Below are positions 58,003 to 64,000 of a DNA stretch of 64,000 bases, piece by piece. The notes under the pieces were generated by a model. It had not been told where the DNA came from. It saw nothing but the letters and a program-made list of their open reading frames with translations, and made no database searches. The position numbers and the translations under genes were made by a program. Where the stretch lies: contig JAYOFO010000003.1 in NCBI GenBank assembly GCA_038117265.1, positions 10,865 through 74,864 of the forward strand, given 5' to 3'. The DNA comes from Rhodospirillaceae bacterium. GTDB taxonomy: Bacteria > Pseudomonadota > Alphaproteobacteria > UBA6615. Position 1 is the first letter of the stretch, and every line of letters begins with the position of its first letter.

Positions 58003-58791
58003 CTACCACTCGTTGCGCAGCAGGCGCAGGCTCAGGAACACGTCCTCCTCGCTCGGCTGGCCGCCAAGGTCGGGAAACTTCGCCTTCACCCCCTCGATCA
58101 CGCTCGCGCTGTCGAGGCGCAGGAACGTGTTGATCTTGCGCTCGGTGCCCAAGGTGGTGATCAGCGCGTTGTCGGGGTCCTGGCCTTCGACCTCGGCCAG
58201 CAGCGCCTTGGCATCGGCATTGTCGGGTTCGCGGTCCAGCGTGAAGTTCAGATTGTTCACGATGTAGTCGTGGCCGGGATAGACGAGCGTGGCGTCGGGC
58301 AGTTTCGCGATCTTGTCGCGGAAGGTGGCGTAGAGCTCGTTCGGATCGCCCGAGCGGCAGTGCCCGACCCCGGCGTTGAACACCGTGTCGCCGCACAGCA
58401 GGTGCGGCTGGTCGGTGTGGCCGAGCAGCGAGATATGGATCGGCGTGTGGCCCGGCGTCTCGATCACTTCCAGGTCCACCGTCTTGCCCAGCTTGACATG
58501 GTCGCCCTCGCGCAGGCCCTCATCAATGCCCGGAATGCGATCGCCCGCATTGTGGGGCCCCATCAGCCTGGCGCCCGTCGCCGCGATCACATCGTCGTTG
58601 CCACCGATATGGTCGCCATGTTCGTGGGTGTTGAGCACGCGCGTGATGTTCCAGCCCCGCTCTTTGGCGACGGCAAGGCAATTGGGCGGGTCGATCGGGT
58701 CGATCGCCACCGCCTCGCCCGTCTCCGAGCAGGCGACGATGTAGAAGAAGTTGCGCCCCGAATTCCCGGTCCAGACCTGTTCGACAATCAT
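58003..58791 (-). CDS. gloB: MBL-fold hydrolase, hydroxyacylglutathione hydrolase-like
   Basis: NTHEHGDHIGGN (HxHxDH), TPGHTP and ...GH.Y. 262 aa. Confidence 0.82.
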   Translation of the reverse strand: MIVEQVWTGNSGRNFFYIVACSETGEAVAIDPIDPPNCLAVAKERGWNITRVLNTHEHGDHIGGNDDVIAATGARLMGPHNAGDRIPGIDEGLREGDHVKLGKTVDLEVIETPGHTPIHISLLGHTDQPHLLCGDTVFNAGVGHCRSGDPNELYATFRDKIAKLPDATLVYPGHDYIVNNLNFTLDREPDNADAKALLAEVEGQDPDNALITTLGTERKINTFLRLDSASVIEGVKAKFPDLGGQPSEEDVFLSLRLLRNEW

Positions 58792-58850
58792 CTCGCAATC
58801 TCCGTATTGGCACGTCCGGCGGCACCTTACGATGCGGCAGACGGTGGGGG

Positions 58851-59957
58851 CTAGGTCTCGTCGTCGCCCGCGCGTCGCGCGACCAGCCGGAACAGGACCG
58901 GCATCAGCATGACCACGATGGTGATGCGGGCGATGTGGTGGGTCGCCACGAACGCGATGTCATAGCCCAGCCCCAGCGCGACGAGGGTCATCTCGGTCAG
59001 GCCGCCGGGCGAGAAGGCGAGGACCAGCGAGGAGAAGGGAAGCCCGGTGACGGCGTTCAGCGTCAGCGCGAAGGCGCAGGTGATCATCAGCAGGATGGCG
59101 GTCGCCACGCCGCCGAGACGCAGGATGCGGCCCATGTCGCGATAGGTCAGGCCGGCGAGCCGGGCGCCGACGGCGGTACCGAGGAAGACCTGCGCGGCCG
59201 CGACGAGTTCGGGGGGCGGGGCGGCGCTGGTGATGCCCAGCAGGTGGACGGACGCGCTCATCGCCATCGGGCCGGTCAGGTGCGGCGCCGGCATCCGGAT
59301 CAGGCGCGCGCCGTAGTACCCCACGACCGCACAGGCCGCGAAGATTGCGATGTCGGCGGGGGTGAGCGCGGCGCTGCTCCCCGCGAAGCTCCGCAGTCCC
59401 GGCTCGAACCCCTCGAAGATCCGGAACATGAACGGCAGGGTCATCACCACCAGGAAGATGCGCGTGGTGTGCGCGACCGAGACCTGCCGGTCGTCGCCGC
59501 CCGTCGCGAGGGTCAGCGCGATCATCTCGTTCAATCCGCCCGGCACGCCGGCGAAGAACGCGGTCTTGTAATCGAAGCCGGCGGCGAGGCGGTAATAGGT
59601 ATAGATCGCGGCGGTGCAGACGATCACGTAGACGACGAGGGCGGCCAGCGAGATCGACCAGAGCGCCGCGCGTTCGAGTATCTCGGGAGAGAATGCGCTG
59701 CCCAGCAGCAGACCGAGGATGACGATCATTCCCGTGCGCAGGCGCGAATCCATGCTGGTCTCGATGCGCCCCAGCGTCGTCGCGCCGATCGCCGCCATCG
59801 AGCCGAGCATCCAGGGCAGGGGCAGGTTGAGCGCATCGAAGAGCGCCCCGCCCGCAACGCCGATCGCGATCGTACGAAGGAAGATCGGCAGATCGCGCCG
59901 CGTCAGCTTGCGGACCGATGGCCGCGGGAGCGTGTCGTCGGCGGCCTCAGACGCCAT
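58851..59957 (-). CDS. AbrB-duplication family membrane protein (putative ammonia-monooxygenase-like, AbrB family)
   Basis: 368 aa, roughly 10 TM with an internally duplicated layout. The family call rests on overall pattern only. Confidence 0.6.
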   Translation of the reverse strand: MASEAADDTLPRPSVRKLTRRDLPIFLRTIAIGVAGGALFDALNLPLPWMLGSMAAIGATTLGRIETSMDSRLRTGMIVILGLLLGSAFSPEILERAALWSISLAALVVYVIVCTAAIYTYYRLAAGFDYKTAFFAGVPGGLNEMIALTLATGGDDRQVSVAHTTRIFLVVMTLPFMFRIFEGFEPGLRSFAGSSAALTPADIAIFAACAVVGYYGARLIRMPAPHLTGPMAMSASVHLLGITSAAPPPELVAAAQVFLGTAVGARLAGLTYRDMGRILRLGGVATAILLMITCAFALTLNAVTGLPFSSLVLAFSPGGLTEMTLVALGLGYDIAFVATHHIARITIVVMLMPVLFRLVARRAGDDET

Positions 59958-60945
59958 TGCCGGTCTCGAACGGCATGCGGCGGCCCAGGCGGACGGCCGT
60001 CTGTCGGCGCACCAGCCGGCGCGCGGGCATGATCAGCACGCAATTGTCGTGGGGCGTGCGGATTCGTCGCGGGCCGTCGGTCGCGATCTGCGTGCCGGCC
60101 GCGGGAATGGACTCGAGGTTCTTGAACGGGCGCACGAACGAGGCGACCTCGGTTTCGGGCGTGAAGCTGTGGGTCACCTCGACCCAGGAATCAGGTACCA
60201 CGGCGGACGTCAGGTGCGGTGCGGCGTCCTGCTCGCCGATCATCCCGAGGCTCAGCAGGAAGCGATAGACGGTGTCGATCGCGATCTGTTCCGTGCCGGC
60301 CCGCCAGTGCGGCCCGCATTCGGCGAGCAGTGCGGCGCGGGGCGAGGCGGGGTCGCCGAACGCGCCGAAGTCGCGCAATCGCGTGCCGTTGCCATGGCCG
60401 GAATCGCCCACGATCGTGGCCCCGCTTGCCAGCCGGCGCGCGAAGTCGCGGCCCTTCGCGTGAGGCCCTGCCAGGATTAGCGGTGTCTCGCCGTCCTGCA
60501 TCGAGTGCAGGTCGAGGAGGAAATCCGTGGCGTCGATCAGGGGCAGCAATTCGCGCGCCCGGCGGGCTTCGGAACTGTCGCGGTCACCTGCCAGCCGCGT
60601 GACGTTCCAGACCCGGTTCATGTCCTCGTCGACGAACCGCGACGCGCCCGGATTTGCGGGGTCGAAACCGCCATACGCCGCGACGTTCGCGAAGACGAGG
60701 CTCAACCGCCCGCATGCGGGGAGGAAGCCGCTGCACAGCAGCCGGTGGAGGGCCACCGCGCCGCTGATCTCGTTGCCGTGCATCAGCGCGACGATGGTGG
60801 CGTGCGGGCCCGCGCGGCCGCTGTCGAAGCTCTGGACATACGGCGCCCATCCACCGCCGTCGCGGTAGGCGCTGATGTCGGGCGCCTCGATTTCGACCGC
60901 TGCGGGAACCGCGGCGGCCGGCGCGACGTCGGGAGCGGCGCTCAC
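59947..60945 (-). CDS. Succinylglutamate desuccinylase/aspartoacylase (AstE/AspA, M14-like) family protein
   Basis: GTG start overlapping the nadK stop (GTGA). [10 protein letters not shown] zinc motif and DLHS. Confidence 0.75.
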   Translation of the reverse strand: MSAAPDVAPAAAVPAAVEIEAPDISAYRDGGGWAPYVQSFDSGRAGPHATIVALMHGNEISGAVALHRLLCSGFLPACGRLSLVFANVAAYGGFDPANPGASRFVDEDMNRVWNVTRLAGDRDSSEARRARELLPLIDATDFLLDLHSMQDGETPLILAGPHAKGRDFARRLASGATIVGDSGHGNGTRLRDFGAFGDPASPRAALLAECGPHWRAGTEQIAIDTVYRFLLSLGMIGEQDAAPHLTSAVVPDSWVEVTHSFTPETEVASFVRPFKNLESIPAAGTQIATDGPRRIRTPHDNCVLIMPARRLVRRQTAVRLGRRMPFETGNGV

Positions 60946-61787
60946 GGCGCGAACTGCTCCTTCAGGATCCGCTCTTCCAGGTTGGTCTCGGGGTCGAACA
61001 GCAGGCGGTAGCTGCGCGCGCGTTCTTCGCGGATCGTCACCTCGACCACGTCGCGGACCTCGAAATCGTCGGCGGTCGCGCTGACGGGCCGCTTCTTGGC
61101 GTCGTGGATCCGGAACACCACCTCGGCGTTGTGCGGCAACAGCGCGCCGCGCCAGCGCCGCGGGCGGAAGGCGCTGATCGGCGTAAGCGCCAGAATCTCG
61201 GCGCTCAGCGGGATGATCGGGCCGTGCGCGGACAGGTTGTAGGCGGTGCTGCCCGCCGGCGTCGAGACCAGCGCGCCGTCGCAGATCAACTCGGGCATGC
61301 GGACCACGCCGTCGACGAGAATCTCGAGTTTCGCGGCCTGATAGGTCTCGCGCAGCAGCGAGACCTCGTTGATCGCGAGCGATTCCTCGACGCCGCCCGT
61401 GCCGGTGCGCGCGGTCATCAGCAGCGGATAGAGGGTGACCGCCTGGGCCTTGCGCAGGCGTTCGGGCAGCCTCTCGGGCCGGTAATCGTTCATCAGGAAC
61501 CCGACCGATCCCCGGTTCAGGCCGAACACGGGGACCTTGCGGTCGATGTAGCGACGCAGGGTCTGCAGCATGAACCCGTCGCCGCCCAGCGCGACGATGA
61601 CGTCGGCATCGTCGGGCGACGCGCCGGGGTACTGCGTCTGCAGCGCGCGCAGTGCCTCCTGCGCGGCCTCGAAATCCGCCGCGACGAAGGCGATCCGCTC
61701 TGCGGCGATCGGGGCTTCGGATGTTCCGTCGGGTTCGGGCACGGTGTCGCACGCACTGTCTGGGGGTGGCCATGAGGCCGGGGACAC
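60942..61787 (-). CDS. nadK: NAD kinase
   Basis: [14 protein letters not shown] and [17 protein letters not shown] motifs. The start is uncertain. Confidence 0.92.
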   Translation of the reverse strand: MSPASWPPPDSACDTVPEPDGTSEAPIAAERIAFVAADFEAAQEALRALQTQYPGASPDDADVIVALGGDGFMLQTLRRYIDRKVPVFGLNRGSVGFLMNDYRPERLPERLRKAQAVTLYPLLMTARTGTGGVEESLAINEVSLLRETYQAAKLEILVDGVVRMPELICDGALVSTPAGSTAYNLSAHGPIIPLSAEILALTPISAFRPRRWRGALLPHNAEVVFRIHDAKKRPVSATADDFEVRDVVEVTIREERARSYRLLFDPETNLEERILKEQFAP

Positions 61788-61897
61788 TGACTATATCGCA
61801 CGCGCACGGGCCGGAACCAGCCGTAGTCATGCGGGACATTGTCATGCGGGCCGCGTCCCGCCAAAGTGGCGCCATCGCGCGTTCGAGGAAACCCGCC

Positions 61898-62388
61898 ATG
61901 ACATATCCGCGGCTGATGCCCGTCCTCGCCGTCCTTGCCGCCCTGCTGGCGCCCAGTGCGGAATCGGCCGCGCGCGCGGAGGAGCGGCACGCCGGCTACT
62001 ACTATCCGGAGACGCAGACGTCGGAGGTCTACGACGCGCGCGTCGATGCGCTGCCGGGCAGCGACCGGCTGCGCCGGATCGGTTTCGTCACCGTCTTGAC
62101 CAACGAGATGCTGAAGAACCCCTATCCGCCGCAATTCGCGATCTTCGCCAAGGGCGCGGATGCGGAGAAGCTCATCGTCACGAGCGTGGCCGAGAACAGC
62201 TACAAGCGATCTATCGCGCGCGGGCCCTGTTCGCGATGATGACCGCCGTTGCGTGGAGCACGCCCTTCTTCCGCGAGCAGCCGGAATCGGATCGCTACAC
62301 GTTCTTCGACCTAGCCGCGCTGCTCGGATTCACCCAGATCACCTTCACCGACGGCGACGCCTTCGCCCATCGGATCGATCTGCGCTAG
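61898..62388 (+). pseudogene. Conserved secreted hypothetical protein with an apparent 1-nt deletion frameshift near 62198-62212
   Basis: Signal peptide MTYPRLMPVLAVLAALLAPSAES..., then GYYYPE...FAKGADAEKLIVTSVAENSY in frame A. The GC3-rich continuation AIYRARALFAMMT...TFFDLAALLGF...HRIDLR is in frame A minus 1. Confidence 0.6.
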
Positions 62389-62400
62389 GCGGCCTCGCCC

Positions 62401-64000
62401 CTAGGCGCCGAACGCGCGCAGCACCCGTACGACTTCGCGGTGCCCGCCCTGGATCGCATAGTCGAGGGCCGACTTGCCCCTGCCATCGGTGCGCGACAGG
62501 CTCGCGCCGTGGTCGATCAGCGTACGCACGACATCCTCTTCGCCGTTCCACGCGGCGCGCATCAAGGGTGTCAGGCCCTCATTGTCGGACAGGTTGGGGC
62601 GCGCGCCCGCATCCAGCAGTTTATTGACGATGCCGACATGGCCGTTGCTGGCCGCCCACGAGATCGCGGTCCGGCCCTCGTAATCGGTGACGTTGAAGTC
62701 GGCGCCCAGCTCGACCAGCAGGTCGACCACCTCCTCGCGCCCGCGCCAGGCGGCGTTGATCATCGCCGTGCGCCCGGCCGCATCGTTGCCCTCCAGGTCG
62801 GCGCCGCGCGACAGGAGTTCCGCGATCTTGGAGGTGTTGCCGGCCGCGGCCGCATCGAGAAGCAGGTCGCGAAGTCCCTCGCCCTGGCTGCCGCGCGACT
62901 GCGGCCGCGCAACGGCATTGAGCAGGCGCCGGTACTCGCGCGCAAGCCGTTTCGAATCGACGATTTCCAGCGGTGCCATCTGACGCTGGATGTCCGGCAG
63001 GATGTCGTTCGCCTCCTTGCTGCCCTGTGCGGCGGCGAGTTCGAAGAACACGTGCGACTGGACCAGATCCTGCGGCATCACCCGTCCGTCGGCGAACAGC
63101 GCGCCCAGCAGCAGCTGCGCCTCCTGGTCGCCGCGCTCCGCGGCATTGCGCAGGAGTTCGACCAGCTTTTCGGGTTCGCGCCCGTCGACGAGTCCGAGCA
63201 GGTAACGTTTCGCCAGCCTGGTCTGCGCCTGCGCCAGGCCGGCCTCGGCCGCCTTCTCCAGGATTTCGTTGGTCTTCAGGTCGCCCGGCGAGAGCGTGCC
63301 GCCGATGGTGTCGAACGGGCTCGGATCGCTCAATGCGCGCGCGAACTGCTCGTCGCTGCCGGTGATCGCGGAAATGACCTTGGCCAGGGGGTCTTCGACA
63401 CCGGCGATCTGGGCCTCGCGGTCGGTTTCGCCGCGGTCCGGTGCCCGAAAGTCCTCGCCAGGCTGCAACGCGGCCAGCCGCGTACCCGATTCGCTGGCGC
63501 GCTCCGACTTCTCGGCCTCGTCCCGCCCGACGCCCGGCGTCCCGTCTCGTGCCTCCTGTGCCACGCTTCCCGCCCGGCTGGCCTCCGGATTTCCGGCCGC
63601 GACCAGCACTTCCTGTTCGACCGCGTCATTGTCGATGCCCTTTGCGCCTTCCAGGCGCTCCTAGATGCCGCGCAGACGTCCGCCGATCTCGGCAACCGTC
63701 GACCCCTCGGTTTCGGGCTTCGCGACCGACCGCGGCTTCTCGCTCAGGGGCGCCGGCGTGTCGAGGCCCGTGAAGCCCTTGCTTGGCACGGCGTCCGTCA
63801 GCTTGGGCTTGGGCTCGATGTCGGCGGCGAGCGGGGCGTCTTCGGGGGGGCGGTCGATTCATGATCGCGGATGCCGGGCTGTCCGATCGCGCGCTGGGTG
63901 GCGCTGGCTTCGCTCGACGTCGCGGCGGTCCCGGATTGCTGGGCGGCGGTCTCGATGGCCGCGCTGCTGACGGCCGGGGCCGCGCTCGCATTGTCGGCGA
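62401..64000 (-). pseudogene. Sel1-like/ankyrin-repeat protein, 5'-partial at the window edge, with in-frame TAG (63661-63663) and a homopolymer frameshift (63844-63850)
   Basis: C-terminal ankyrin repeats (G.TA...AA..G....V..LL..GA) preceded by Sel1-like repeats. The GC3-rich frame continues upstream through the TAG and changes frame at a C7 run on the coding strand. Confidence 0.65.
63844..63850. repeat. G7/C7 homopolymer at the frameshift point
   Basis: ggggggg on the plus strand. With 8 rather than 7 residues, ...HESTAPP would join EDAPLAADIEPKPK... in one frame. Confidence 0.8.

Noticed and set aside
62195-62215. Programmed -1 ribosomal frameshift in the secreted hypothetical gene
   Set aside because: There is no slippery X-XXY-YYZ heptamer or downstream pseudoknot-like structure at the junction. 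A simple 1-nt indel fits better.

Overview
High-GC chromosomal segment with alphaproteobacterial hallmarks: a purC-purS-purQ-purL-bolA-grxD block, the DUF1476 zeta ATPase inhibitor, DUF1491 next to purB, and a class II DAHP synthase. I call about 70 genes. Most are housekeeping or redox and catabolic enzymes: gor, nadE, cysS, cimA, rpsD, purB, map, nadK, three amidases, three quinone oxidoreductases, several SDR/VOC/cupin proteins and a haloalkane dehalogenase. There is one intact tRNA-Leu(UAA). I saw no rRNA, CRISPR array, transposase, integrase or recognisable defence system. The strongest signal is two tandem paralogous secreted AhpC/TSA-like redoxin genes (17230-18621, minus strand). Each has an in-frame TGA exactly where the first Cys of the WCPxC redox motif belongs. 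In both, the TGA is followed at the same spacing by an identical 16-nt hairpin with a GGUC loop. I read these as selenocysteine (UxxC) genes with bacterial SECIS elements, which ORF callers would split or flag as pseudogenes. Other signals: (1) several otherwise intact genes are interrupted by single in-frame stops (TAG x3, TGA x1, TAA x1) or 1-nt frameshifts (x2, one in a 7-nt homopolymer); (2) TAG is the majority stop codon, with three convergent gene pairs sharing a CTAG; (3) a tRNA-Leu(UAA) 5' half with its own compensated stems lies 90 nt upstream of the intact tRNA; (4) tandem amidase paralogs share near-identical nucleotide tracts. Most long ORFs in the six-frame track are off-frame or antisense artefacts of the high GC content.
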